DNA of 64,000 nucleotides from an uncultured Candidatus Saccharibacteria bacterium. GTDB lineage: Bacteria > Patescibacteriota > WWE3 > UBA101185 > UBA10185. The first letter of the stretch is position 1; each line of letters opens with the position of its first letter. The DNA lies in contig CAYLVW010000001.1 of assembly GCA_964387275.1 (NCBI GenBank), positions 355,508 through 419,507 on the forward strand. Reading direction: 5' to 3'. The notes below the pieces were generated by a model, which saw only the letters and a program-made list of their open reading frames with translations, was not told the origin of the DNA and did not search any database. Made by a program: the position numbers and the translations under genes. This document shows positions 51,640 to 60,118 of the stretch, one piece after another.

Positions 51640-52698
51640 ATGAAGAAGTATTTCAATAGAAACGTGCTAATTATTTCAGCGCTGGCAATACTGACAATTC
51701 TAGTTGGGATAGCTGCTTACAACTTTAAACCTTTTGGAAATATCCTAAAATCTGTAACTAGAGGGTTTGTTAATAACAATCCGGTCGCATCTTCAGTTTA
51801 TATCCAAAACTCAGAAGGTAGTGTTTTTTTAATCTCAACGCAATTAGAAGACGGGGAACTTCCAGATTCAAACTATTCAGAAACACCAAAAGAAGTGATA
51901 CAAGCGGATGTAGTTTCCGTATCTCCAGATAAAAAGAAAATCGTTTATGCAGACAACTCAGAGGAAACTAAATATAGTGTTAAAGATTTGGAAAGTGATA
52001 CAACATTCGTCGTAGACAATAAATCCCCGTATATCAAAGATTTTGAATGGTCTCCTGATGGAAAGTACTTAATTGCAATATCTGGTAGTTCAAGTAGTGA
52101 TGTGGCAACAGTATTCAACACTTCTGAGTACACCAAATTAGTATCATTCGGAACAATTGGATCCAAATATTATTGGCCGGACAATGATCAGTTTATTACT
52201 AGTTTCCCATTACAAACCCAATATGAAAGACCATGGCTAAACGGCAATGCAACAGGAATCAAACTTGTAACCTTACCCGAAGGAAAATCAGAACTTCTAG
52301 TAAGTCCATCTGATACAGAAGATTTTTTACTTACTTACTACGAAAGCGGCAAAGGCATAGTAACCTCTGTATACGTAGAATCCACAGATATGTGGTCCAA
52401 AACAAATACTGCTATGAAAAATAATCAATACATTCTTGACCTACCTTCAAGAAAATTAACACCTTATACTGCTGGAGATTTTATTGTTCCTTCTGAAGTT
52501 GAAATTTCAAATGCACTTGGAGGCCAAATATCACCAGGCAGTATAAGCGTACAAAAAAACCAAAACTACCAAAAACTGGTTTTAGCTATAGTTAGAAAAG
52601 ATAGTTCAATATACAACTCAGATATTTATATCTTTAGCAAAAACGATTTAACTAAATTCACAAAACTAGGTACGGGTCTTTTTTTGGATTGGAGATAA
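51640..52698 (+). CDS. Membrane-anchored beta-propeller (TolB/WD40-like) protein
   Basis: N-terminal TM; VSPDKKKIVY, WSPDGKYL repeats. Confidence 0.6.
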   Translation: MKKYFNRNVLIISALAILTILVGIAAYNFKPFGNILKSVTRGFVNNNPVASSVYIQNSEGSVFLISTQLEDGELPDSNYSETPKEVIQADVVSVSPDKKKIVYADNSEETKYSVKDLESDTTFVVDNKSPYIKDFEWSPDGKYLIAISGSSSSDVATVFNTSEYTKLVSFGTIGSKYYWPDNDQFITSFPLQTQYERPWLNGNATGIKLVTLPEGKSELLVSPSDTEDFLLTYYESGKGIVTSVYVESTDMWSKTNTAMKNNQYILDLPSRKLTPYTAGDFIVPSEVEISNALGGQISPGSISVQKNQNYQKLVLAIVRKDSSIYNSDIYIFSKNDLTKFTKLGTGLFLDWR

Positions 52699-52746
52699 GT
52701 TAACCCATAGTGTGCATAAATTGGAAAAATGGGGTAAAATAAGCAA

Positions 52747-53499
52747 ATGAAAGATACCTCTTGGGAAAAAGTAAGTTCCAAATATAATAAAAATCTGGCG
52801 GATAAAGGCGATTACTATCATCTAAATCTAGTTATCCCAAAGTCACTGGAACTTCTAAAATTAAATGAAAACTCAAAGGTTCTAGATCTTGCTTGTGGGC
52901 AGGGGGTCCTTGCAAGGCACCTACCTAAAAACACCAGCTATCTAGGCATTGATTTATCAGAGTCTTTGATAGAATTTGCAAAAAAATATGAGATTCAATC
53001 CAACCACAGCTTTATAGTTGGAGATATAACTAAACCTCTAAATATAGGGTCTCAAACGTTCACACACAGTACTATAATTCTCGCACTACAAAATACCGGA
53101 AAAGTAGCTAATGTACTTTTTAATGCTGCAAAATATATAAAAAAAGGCGGGAAGTTACTAATTGTTATAAACCACCCCCACTATAGAATCCCTAGACATT
53201 CTTCATGGGAAATAGACGAGAAAAATAACATACAGTATAGAAAAATTAATAAATATCTATCTAAAATAGAAATCCCCGTTAACCACGACCCGTCAAAAGG
53301 GGCTAAAGGAAACTTTTCGATAAGCTATCACTTCTCACTAGAGTCTCTATCAAAAGATTTATTTGAGGCAGGATTTTATATAGAAAAAATTGAAGAATGG
53401 TCGAGTGATAAAAAAAGTGTAGGCAAAAACTCCAAGAGAGAAAACGTCTCTAGAAGTGAGATTCCTTTATTTATGTGCCTACTTTGCACAAAAAACTAA
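52747..53499 (+). CDS. Class I SAM-dependent methyltransferase
   Basis: VLDLACGQG, GIDLS, GG.L.IVINHP. Confidence 0.88.
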   Translation: MKDTSWEKVSSKYNKNLADKGDYYHLNLVIPKSLELLKLNENSKVLDLACGQGVLARHLPKNTSYLGIDLSESLIEFAKKYEIQSNHSFIVGDITKPLNIGSQTFTHSTIILALQNTGKVANVLFNAAKYIKKGGKLLIVINHPHYRIPRHSSWEIDEKNNIQYRKINKYLSKIEIPVNHDPSKGAKGNFSISYHFSLESLSKDLFEAGFYIEKIEEWSSDKKSVGKNSKRENVSRSEIPLFMCLLCTKN

Positions 53500-53597
53500 C
53501 TTTTACCACTAAAAAAGTAAATCAACTCATTTCTTAGTTAAAACCTGACTCCACCAAGTAGACATTCAACCTAATGTTATAATATCAGTGGTTTTTT

Positions 53598-53684
53598 GCC
53601 AGAGTGGTGAAATTGGTAGACACGCAGTCTTCAGACGGCTGTATCCGCAAGGATGTATGGGTTCAAATCCCTTCTCTGGCACCA
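53598..53684 (+). tRNA. tRNA-Leu(CAG)
   Basis: Long variable arm; cagtc-ttCAGac-ggctg; ACCA end. Confidence 0.9.
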
Positions 53685-53820
53685 AGTCACTTAACGAATG
53701 AAATGAGATTAGTGAATTGGGGTGCAAAGCCACCAAGTCACTTAACGAATGAAATGAGATTAGTGAATTGGGGTGCAAAGCCACCAAGTCACTTAACGAA
53801 TGAAATGAGAATAGTAAATT
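53680..53820 (+). repeat. tRNA-linked 51-bp tandem repeat, about 2.7 copies
   Basis: caccaagtcacttaacgaatgaaatgagattagtgaattggggtgcaaagc starting at 53680, 53731 and 53782 (partial). Confidence 0.95.
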
Positions 53821-53937
53821 AGATTGTAAAACCATTAAATATTCACATCAATTTTTAGAGAAACAAGAAATAACCTATAATAATATAAGGGATTTTGCAC
53901 CAATCTGTGTTAAAATCATCAAGTTCAGGAGAGAAAA

Positions 53938-54318
53938 ATGGCCATACCTTTGGATATCCTAAAAGCTCTTACCAGAGTAGTCAGTGAATCTAAAGAACTT
54001 GAACTAGATAAGGTATTTCTAATTAGACTATCAAGACGCTTCGCAGGTAACGGGGAAATTAGCTTGGATGCTCTATATGAGATTGTCAAAAAATATCTTG
54101 AAAAGATGGCGTACCAGAAACTTCCTATAAGGCAGCAAATAATCCTAACCCTTGCTGCAATAAATACCGTAAGCTATGTATTTAATGGGGAGGGGGTAAA
54201 AGGTCCTGATAAGATTGACCTAGATTACCGTGCAATCTATGTAGTATTGGAAATTCCTGAGTATACAGCCTACGATTTCTTTAGAACACTGGGCAATAGT
54301 ATGAATAGATTTAACTAA
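53938..54318 (+). CDS. Small helical protein, paralog family 1 (copy A)
   Basis: aggaga SD; LPIRQQIILTLAAINT...LDY; ends in N. Confidence 0.7.
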   Translation: MAIPLDILKALTRVVSESKELELDKVFLIRLSRRFAGNGEISLDALYEIVKKYLEKMAYQKLPIRQQIILTLAAINTVSYVFNGEGVKGPDKIDLDYRAIYVVLEIPEYTAYDFFRTLGNSMNRFN

Positions 54319-54384
54319 TACCTAGATATTCAAAGTAACCTAGATGTAAGGTAAGTGTAGTCACTATCAAATACAACTCGTTTG

Positions 54385-54421
54385 GGACCCAAAGTAGAAA
54401 AACTGCCTTGGGTCCTTTTTT
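54385..54421 (+). terminator. Intrinsic terminator
   Basis: ggacccaaagtag / ctgccttgggtcc plus T6. Confidence 0.8.
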
Positions 54422-54463
54422 GATTTCAGAAATAGTTAGTTTTATAGTATAATTCCATGGTTT

Positions 54464-54550
54464 GGGCGAGTGGCGGAATTGGTATACGCGCAACGTTGAG
54501 GTCGTTGTCGAGTAAAATCGGTGCAGGTTCAAGTCCTGTCTCGCCCACCA
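54464..54550 (+). tRNA. tRNA-Leu(GAG)
   Basis: caacg-ttGAGgt-cgttg; long variable arm; ACCA end. Confidence 0.93.
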
Positions 54551-54630
54551 AGTCACTTAGCGAATGAAATGAGATTAGTGAATTGGGGTGCAGAGCCACC
54601 AAGTCACTTAGCGAATGAAATGAGCTAGTG
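54546..54630 (+). repeat. Same 51-bp tRNA-linked repeat, about 1.7 copies
   Basis: Copies at 54546 and 54597; the full copy differs from the 53680 unit at two positions. Confidence 0.93.
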
Positions 54631-54645
54631 TAACTATGTATAAAT

Positions 54646-54671
54646 AGCCGGGTCGTAGACTCGGTTTTTTT
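54646..54671 (+). terminator. Intrinsic terminator after tRNA-Leu(GAG) and its repeats
   Basis: agccgggtc-gta-gactcggtt plus T-tract. Confidence 0.75.
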
Positions 54672-54734
54672 GTTGGCCAAACAAGCGAAAATACCTCAAA
54701 TTTGTTACAATGTGCCAAGACGTGGAGGGACAAG

Positions 54735-55082
54735 ATGACGTTGGAAGAGGCAATTTTACTTATAGGAACAGCTTCTACAGTAATTGAACTACCAAGAAGA
54801 ACTGCTTTTTCTATAGCACATTACTTTTCGGATGGCACCTTAACACACTTTAAAATAGACCTTGAACTACTGGAGCGTAGAATTGCAGAAATGCATTTTA
54901 AAGCACTGCCTAAAGATGACCAAATGATTCTTACTGTTTGTGCAATTAACACTCTAGTAACGCATGATTCTACGTATATGCTAGATTTTGATGTAGCTGC
55001 TGAGGTTCTGGGTGTTAAATATGAAAGTATCCCTATGTTCTATGAACATTTAAGACTTTATGTAGAAGCGAACCCTAATTAA
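54735..55082 (+). CDS. Small helical protein, paralog family 1 (copy B)
   Basis: ggagg SD before ATG 54735; LPKDDQMILTVCAINT..LDFDVAAEVLGV; ends in N. Confidence 0.7.
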   Translation: MTLEEAILLIGTASTVIELPRRTAFSIAHYFSDGTLTHFKIDLELLERRIAEMHFKALPKDDQMILTVCAINTLVTHDSTYMLDFDVAAEVLGVKYESIPMFYEHLRLYVEANPN

Positions 55083-55444
55083 TGAACGGCTGGCATGTGA
55101 AATTCACCTCATCATTAATTCTATTTCTTTCTACTGAAAAAGACTTGGCTGACTTCCATGCTAGAGATATTGTTTATTTCTTCTCAAGAAGAGCACTACA
55201 GACAATAAACCTAAAAGATATCATCGAGTTTATTGAGCAGTTTGGGTACCAGGATCTGTCTCCACAGCAACAACTTATCCTGATTTTGTGTGCCATTGGA
55301 ACTGTTGACGCAAATGCAACTAAGCAGGATTTGGAGTTTAATATTGCAGCTCAAATAATGAATGTAAGAGTGAGTGTTATTTCCTTGTTCTATAAGAGAG
55401 TTGTGCAAAAAATAAGCGCTAGCTTCACAGGTTCTATAAATTAG
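55082..55444 (+). CDS. Small helical protein, paralog family 1 (copy C)
   Basis: taatg overlap; LSPQQQLILILCAIGT..LEFNIAAQIMNV; ends in N. Confidence 0.7.
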   Translation: MNGWHVKFTSSLILFLSTEKDLADFHARDIVYFFSRRALQTINLKDIIEFIEQFGYQDLSPQQQLILILCAIGTVDANATKQDLEFNIAAQIMNVRVSVISLFYKRVVQKISASFTGSIN

Positions 55445-55476
55445 TTACAAACAAAAAACCAAAAGGGAGAAGAGTC

Positions 55477-55839
55477 ATGACACCAAGCTTAAGTGATAAG
55501 GCACTTGCTAAGGCTAAGGCTATCGTTTCTGAATCATTGAATCTAAGGTCCACTGATCTCAATTTTATGAGTATGCTGGGAGTTTCGATTTTCTTATTTA
55601 TTAAAGGCGTTAGAGACGTAGAAACTATGGAGACTCACATTCGAGATTCATTGTCAGACATCGAAATTAGCGAAGAAGATAAACTTGCTTTGATCTTGGC
55701 CGTATTTGTTTGCATTGAAGACGAGATATTCTACCTAGATTTTACTGTAGCCTCTAAGCACTGTAACTGTGATCTTGAGGCAGTTAAAGAACTTTATAGT
55801 AGACTAAAAAGACCAGGTATTACTTACATGAGTAACTAA
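55477..55839 (+). CDS. Small helical protein, paralog family 1 (copy D)
   Basis: gggaga SD; ISEEDKLALILAVF..LDFTVASKHCNC; ends in N. Confidence 0.65.
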   Translation: MTPSLSDKALAKAKAIVSESLNLRSTDLNFMSMLGVSIFLFIKGVRDVETMETHIRDSLSDIEISEEDKLALILAVFVCIEDEIFYLDFTVASKHCNCDLEAVKELYSRLKRPGITYMSN

Positions 55840-55845
55840 TAGAAA

Positions 55846-56175
55846 ATGCTGTCTTTTCTCACAGACACTACTTTTGTTGGAAACTCCTTGTCTTTTGTGG
55901 TTATTGCATTAGGCATAATCATGGGGATCATTAGTTTGCTTGATATTATTAAATGCCTTGGCATTATTAATGATAAAAACAACATGTACAGATTTCTTAG
56001 TCGTGAAAAAGCAAAACTTGCACTGGTCAGAAATCTATATTGGTTTGGTATTAGTGTTGCTCTGATAACACTTGGCTATCTTGGTGTTATTGCTCTTATT
56101 TGCTTGTGGCTGGTTAGCTATGCAAAGACTAGATTGGCTATTTCACAAAATGCGAATAAGGGTAGTAAAAGTTAG
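55846..56175 (+). CDS. Small hypothetical membrane protein
   Basis: Two hydrophobic segments; last gene before the terminator. Confidence 0.6.
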   Translation: MLSFLTDTTFVGNSLSFVVIALGIIMGIISLLDIIKCLGIINDKNNMYRFLSREKAKLALVRNLYWFGISVALITLGYLGVIALICLWLVSYAKTRLAISQNANKGSKS

Positions 56176-56194
56176 TGGCGTTGTTCTAGGCTGT

Positions 56195-56232
56195 GGCCGG
56201 GATTTTTGTACCCAAAAATCCCGGCCCTTTTT
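56195..56232 (+). terminator. Intrinsic terminator with perfect 14-bp stem
   Basis: ggccgggatttttg-tacc-caaaaatcccggcc plus T5. Confidence 0.88.
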
Positions 56233-56406
56233 GTTATCAAAAACAGCAATTGAAAAAAACTACTACACACGATATAATGCCTTGGTTGGAAAAGCTTATG
56301 GGGAAGCTCTAAAACTTGCTTTATTAGCAAATGTATAAGTACCTTCTCCAGATTTTTTCGTTTGCGAGTTGTGACCTTACCAAGCACTCGCAATCCTTAC
56401 ACTCTT

Positions 56407-56481
56407 GCGAGAGTAGATCAGTGGTAGATCGTCTCCTTGCCAAGGAGAAGGCCGCGGGTTCGAACCCCGTCTCTCGCTCCA
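56407..56481 (+). tRNA. tRNA-Gly(GCC)
   Basis: tctcc-ttGCCaa-ggaga; TCCA end. Confidence 0.95.
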
Positions 56482-56710
56482 AATAAAACTTTCCTACACA
56501 GCAACTACTCATAAACATCTCTTATTTTATTAGATAGACAATTAAATACTACAGGTAACCTATTTAAACTAGTTTGCTACTTATTCGCATAAATCTAACT
56601 CAAAAAAACAAATCTGCTATTGTATTTAGCTAAGGTGTATGTTTTTATATCTTCTGCTTTTGTGTTAGTATCCAATCATCGAAGTCAGGAATGGTAGGGA
56701 AGAGACAAAA

Positions 56711-56959
56711 ATGCTTTCCTTGGCAGTGTTTCCTGGAATAATATCGGAACTTACGTTGTGGCTAGGTCTAATAACTTTTTCGACTGGAATAGTATTGATT
56801 ATATTCAGCTTGGGTCAAAAGTTAGATCTTGGAGTAAAGATACTGGGTGCCGGTATTCTTATTAGTATACTTGGCTTTCTCATAATACTTGCGGGATGGA
56901 TATTATTTCTAGGGTTACTTCTGACTCCAATTGTTTTTTGGGTTGGGGATCGTTTGTAA
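56711..56959 (+). CDS. Small hydrophobic membrane protein
   Basis: aggga purine tract upstream; 2-3 TM helices. Confidence 0.55.
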   Translation: MLSLAVFPGIISELTLWLGLITFSTGIVLIIFSLGQKLDLGVKILGAGILISILGFLIILAGWILFLGLLLTPIVFWVGDRL

Positions 56960-56996
56960 AACTTATTATTTACAATATACGTTTTTAATACAGGTA

Positions 56997-57032
56997 GAGG
57001 CAGGAAATTTTTTCCTAAAAATTTCCTGCCTC
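56997..57032. terminator. Perfect 16-bp inverted repeat between convergent genes
   Basis: gaggcaggaaattttt-tcct-aaaaatttcctgcctc; no clear U-tract. Confidence 0.7.
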
Positions 57033-57040
57033 ACACACAA

Positions 57041-57478
57041 CTACTTAGCTTCTAAATCATAAGCAACATACAAAACACCATCATCAAACATAAAATACAC
57101 GTTATCAGAATCGTCATTTTTCTCAAGAATTAGAATGCTACCATCTGGAATTTCTGTTGGACTTCTATAATCCCCACCTAGAGTGATATAAAAAGCACTA
57201 TTTATAAAAAGAAAACTTCGATTAACAACTTGGAACTCAAATGAACCGTAGGTATAGGAGTATCCTTTTGAAACAACCCATCCAGTTAAATTGGAGCTAT
57301 CAAATTGATCTTTACTAACAACTGTGGCACTAAAACCACTAGGACCACTTGTTTGTATAGCACTCGCTTCATTACACCCACAAGCAACAATAGACACAAA
57401 TAAGGCAATAACAACCAAATAAAAACCAAATTTCTTACTGCGCTGTCCAAATAGCTTTGATGAATCGTGTTGTACCAT
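57041..57478 (-). CDS. Hypothetical protein, putative lipoprotein (SD-led)
   Basis: aaggag SD; KK-hydrophobic stretch-IVAC lipobox-like. Confidence 0.6.
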   Translation of the reverse strand: MVQHDSSKLFGQRSKKFGFYLVVIALFVSIVACGCNEASAIQTSGPSGFSATVVSKDQFDSSNLTGWVVSKGYSYTYGSFEFQVVNRSFLFINSAFYITLGGDYRSPTEIPDGSILILEKNDDSDNVYFMFDDGVLYVAYDLEAK

Positions 57479-57615
57479 TTGCCTCTCCTTTTTGGAAAAC
57501 TACTTGGCATTATATTAGTTAAATCATAAGTACACAAACCCCAAATACTTAGAATTTTTACAAAAAAGGGATATAATAGGTCACATCAGATATAAGGGTT
57601 AAGAAACTTATAGTT

Positions 57616-58272
57616 ATGGAATACTTAGTAATATCAGATTTACATCTGACAGAATTTAATAAAGCAAAGTTTGATTACCTATCAGGTTTATTCTCAAGGT
57701 ATGAAAATATTATATTAAATGGGGACCTTTGGACTAACTATTACAAAGATTTTGATTATTTCGTGAAATCTGACTGGAGCAAACTTTTTCCTATTTTGAA
57801 ATCCAAAAACACTATATACATAGAAGGGAACCACGACCTGTTTAAAACTTCAGATGAAAGAATAAATCTATTCAGTAATGATCATAAAAAAGAATTAATA
57901 GTCGAAATAGATAACGAAAAATATATCATCAGACATGGACACACTTATTTCAAAAGAACAAAAACAGATCTAGAGAAGAAGTTATGGAGAAAATTAGGAC
58001 TTTATAAATTAAGGATTTTTGTAGAGAAACTTATTGCTAAACATTTTGGGAGAGACTTATACCAAGCCTTCTGCAGCAAAGATAATCAAAAAATTAAAGA
58101 TGCAAAAAGAAACTCTGAAGAAAAAGATGTGTGGCTTCTAACAGGGCACACTCATGTCTCAGAATTTAACTTCAAGGAAAAATTTGTAAATACAGGTTTT
58201 ACTAATTACGGACTTGCAACATTTGCAGTACTTACTGCTCAAGGCCCAAAACTGTACAATGAGTCTTTTTAA
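57616..58272 (+). CDS. Calcineurin-like metallophosphoesterase
   Basis: SDLH, NGD, GNHD, HGH, GHTH. Confidence 0.88.
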   Translation: MEYLVISDLHLTEFNKAKFDYLSGLFSRYENIILNGDLWTNYYKDFDYFVKSDWSKLFPILKSKNTIYIEGNHDLFKTSDERINLFSNDHKKELIVEIDNEKYIIRHGHTYFKRTKTDLEKKLWRKLGLYKLRIFVEKLIAKHFGRDLYQAFCSKDNQKIKDAKRNSEEKDVWLLTGHTHVSEFNFKEKFVNTGFTNYGLATFAVLTAQGPKLYNESF

Positions 58273-58280
58273 CTCTTTTT

Positions 58281-58464
58281 AGTCGACCCCAGCTCGGCGC
58301 CGTCGCGCCTGCGCCTTTCGATTCCTCGCGTTACATATGAAGGATCCCGCCAGCACCTCACTTCATTTGTTACTAACGGGGTCCTTCATGGTGGCAAATC
58401 GTCGCTTAAGCACCTATTGCACCCCATTCTACTAAATTCGCTTTGCTCATTAAGTATTATGGTG
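58281..58464 (-). repeat. GC-rich hairpin element downstream of tRNA-Phe, related to the tRNA-Leu repeats
   Basis: Minus strand ccacca-taatacttaa-tgagcaaagcgaa-tttagtagaatggggtgcaa, then a second gccacca-led hairpin atgaagga..tccttcat. Confidence 0.6.
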
Positions 58465-58535
58465 GAGCAGGTGGGAGTCGAACCCACATAGCCGGTTTTT
58501 CAGACCGGTGCCGTGACCACCTTGGCTACCGCTCC
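58460..58535 (-). tRNA. tRNA-Phe(GAA)
   Basis: ccggt-ctGAAaa-accgg; ACCA end. Confidence 0.92.
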
Positions 58536-58652
58536 ACGAAAGTAACTTTGAGATTATACCAGATACCTCAACACTGAAAAAGAAAAAAACAACAATCTAC
58601 AGTCTAGGTTTTACCTCCTAAGTTAGAACTCCATGCTCCTCAATATGAAAAT

Positions 58653-58691
58653 AAAAAGCACCCATGGTGAAGATTGTTCCCCATGGGTGCT
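58653..58691 (-). terminator. Intrinsic terminator
   Basis: agcacccatgg / ccatgggtgct with an A5 run on the + strand. Confidence 0.8.
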
Positions 58692-58697
58692 ATAAAT

Positions 58698-60098
58698 TTA
58701 CTCTGCGCTAGAAAGGAAAAGGCTAAGATCCGGGATCAACACGCGATCCAAGACACCAATATCCTGACCAAACACAGACATAGCCGTATCTCTATCCGCA
58801 TACTTAAGCCTCATTGCAGCAAGGTAGTAACTAAGACCACTGCCTTTACCAGGCTCATAGGCATAGTAAAAACCCGTATTGTATTGCCCAGACCCCATAA
58901 CAGCAAGCAGATTGCTGGCAGTAACAACATTGTCGTAAGTAACATCACCAATGGTGACAAATCTTACACCACCGCCGTCACCAATATCAATAACGTCCTC
59001 GCTAGTGGACTGAGTAATACTTCCGATATCCCCAATACCATGAACAGCAAGAATGACGTCATCGTATGCACCACGCCTAAGACCTGCATACAAAGTAGCA
59101 GGGTTATCGGCATACTCTCTGGTACTCAGAAGGTCAGCGGTGACCTTATTATCAGTAAAGATATAAAGCGCACTACCCACCGGTGAAACCTTAGACGACA
59201 AAATCACCAAATAGTAAGTCTTGTCTCCAAGCAGCCAAGTAACATTGCTCAATGCACCATCACCAATGAAAGAGGTATTGGGCTGCCTGCCCCAAAAGTT
59301 CCTATACTCAAACATAATAGAGCCGTAAGCGTTTCCACCTTGGTACAACTTCATTCCGGTCTGCCGACCAATGAACTCTGAAAGTGAGTCCTGATCAACA
59401 CCCTTGAAGTTAGGCACAATATTAGTGCTCATGGCTGAAGACAGTAAGTCTCTTACCTGCACAGCAGGAGTACCGTTAGCTTCCCAGAAACCCCATTCCA
59501 AGTAGTCTCTTGGGAGGATACTCTCAAAATTCTCAGTCCAAATCGCATAGCCACCTAGATCCAACTCTCTTCGTCCAGGACCCCACTTCTCAACATATTG
59601 AATTTGAGTGAGTTTCAGAGTGTCCCCAACACGGTTGTAGATCAAAAAAACATTGGATCTATCAATAACATACCCAGTATAACCAGGACGAAGCTGGAAA
59701 AGACTCGCACTCTCAAACCGAGCGTTAATCATACCTGCGATATCATTCTCGTTAAAATCCTGATAATAAATGATATCCAGCTCGGAATTATCCCAAGCTC
59801 CCCATTTAACAGACTGCATAGTGCCTTTAACAAAAGTCGAGTCGGGATAAAAGACTGTCCCAACCTCAGTAGCTGTTTCACCAGCGCCGTCGCCATTTTC
59901 ACGATAAGCGACATCAAAAGTAGGTGAAGTAATAGACATAATCTGGCTATCACCAACCTTAAGCTGAGAAATAGTCATAATGTTCTTACCTCCAACAGGA
60001 GGAGGAACAGGAACGTTTCCCTCAACAAAAAGGCTACACGAGGTAAGAGTAAGGCTCAAAACGGTAGCAAACACTGCCTTCAAGCGATGTGATTTCAT
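58698..60098 (-). CDS. Hypothetical protein, putative lipoprotein (SD-led)
   Basis: aaggag SD; MKSHRLKAVFATVLSLTLTSC lipobox; 466 aa. Confidence 0.75.
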   Translation of the reverse strand: MKSHRLKAVFATVLSLTLTSCSLFVEGNVPVPPPVGGKNIMTISQLKVGDSQIMSITSPTFDVAYRENGDGAGETATEVGTVFYPDSTFVKGTMQSVKWGAWDNSELDIIYYQDFNENDIAGMINARFESASLFQLRPGYTGYVIDRSNVFLIYNRVGDTLKLTQIQYVEKWGPGRRELDLGGYAIWTENFESILPRDYLEWGFWEANGTPAVQVRDLLSSAMSTNIVPNFKGVDQDSLSEFIGRQTGMKLYQGGNAYGSIMFEYRNFWGRQPNTSFIGDGALSNVTWLLGDKTYYLVILSSKVSPVGSALYIFTDNKVTADLLSTREYADNPATLYAGLRRGAYDDVILAVHGIGDIGSITQSTSEDVIDIGDGGGVRFVTIGDVTYDNVVTASNLLAVMGSGQYNTGFYYAYEPGKGSGLSYYLAAMRLKYADRDTAMSVFGQDIGVLDRVLIPDLSLFLSSAE

Positions 60099-60118
60099 CA
60101 GCTTTCTCCTTCGCGTGA

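Noticed and set aside
53598-53684. tRNA with UCA anticodon (Sec, opal suppressor or code 25)
   Set aside because: Only the register with CAG in the loop gives a paired anticodon stem; the body is Leu-type; TGA ends normal genes (e.g. 2730, 8622).
53680-53820. CRISPR array
   Set aside because: Units are contiguous identical 51-mers without unique spacers, and there are no cas genes in the window.
53566-54680. ORFs 53566-53835(-), 53604-53822(+), 54311-54556(-) and 54426-54680(-) with repeated peptides
   Set aside because: They overlap tRNA-Leu genes; the peptide repeats simply reflect the 51-bp (17-codon) repeat.
56072-56518. ORFs spanning the terminator and tRNA-Gly
   Set aside because: They cross a strong terminator or a tRNA gene and lack plausible starts.
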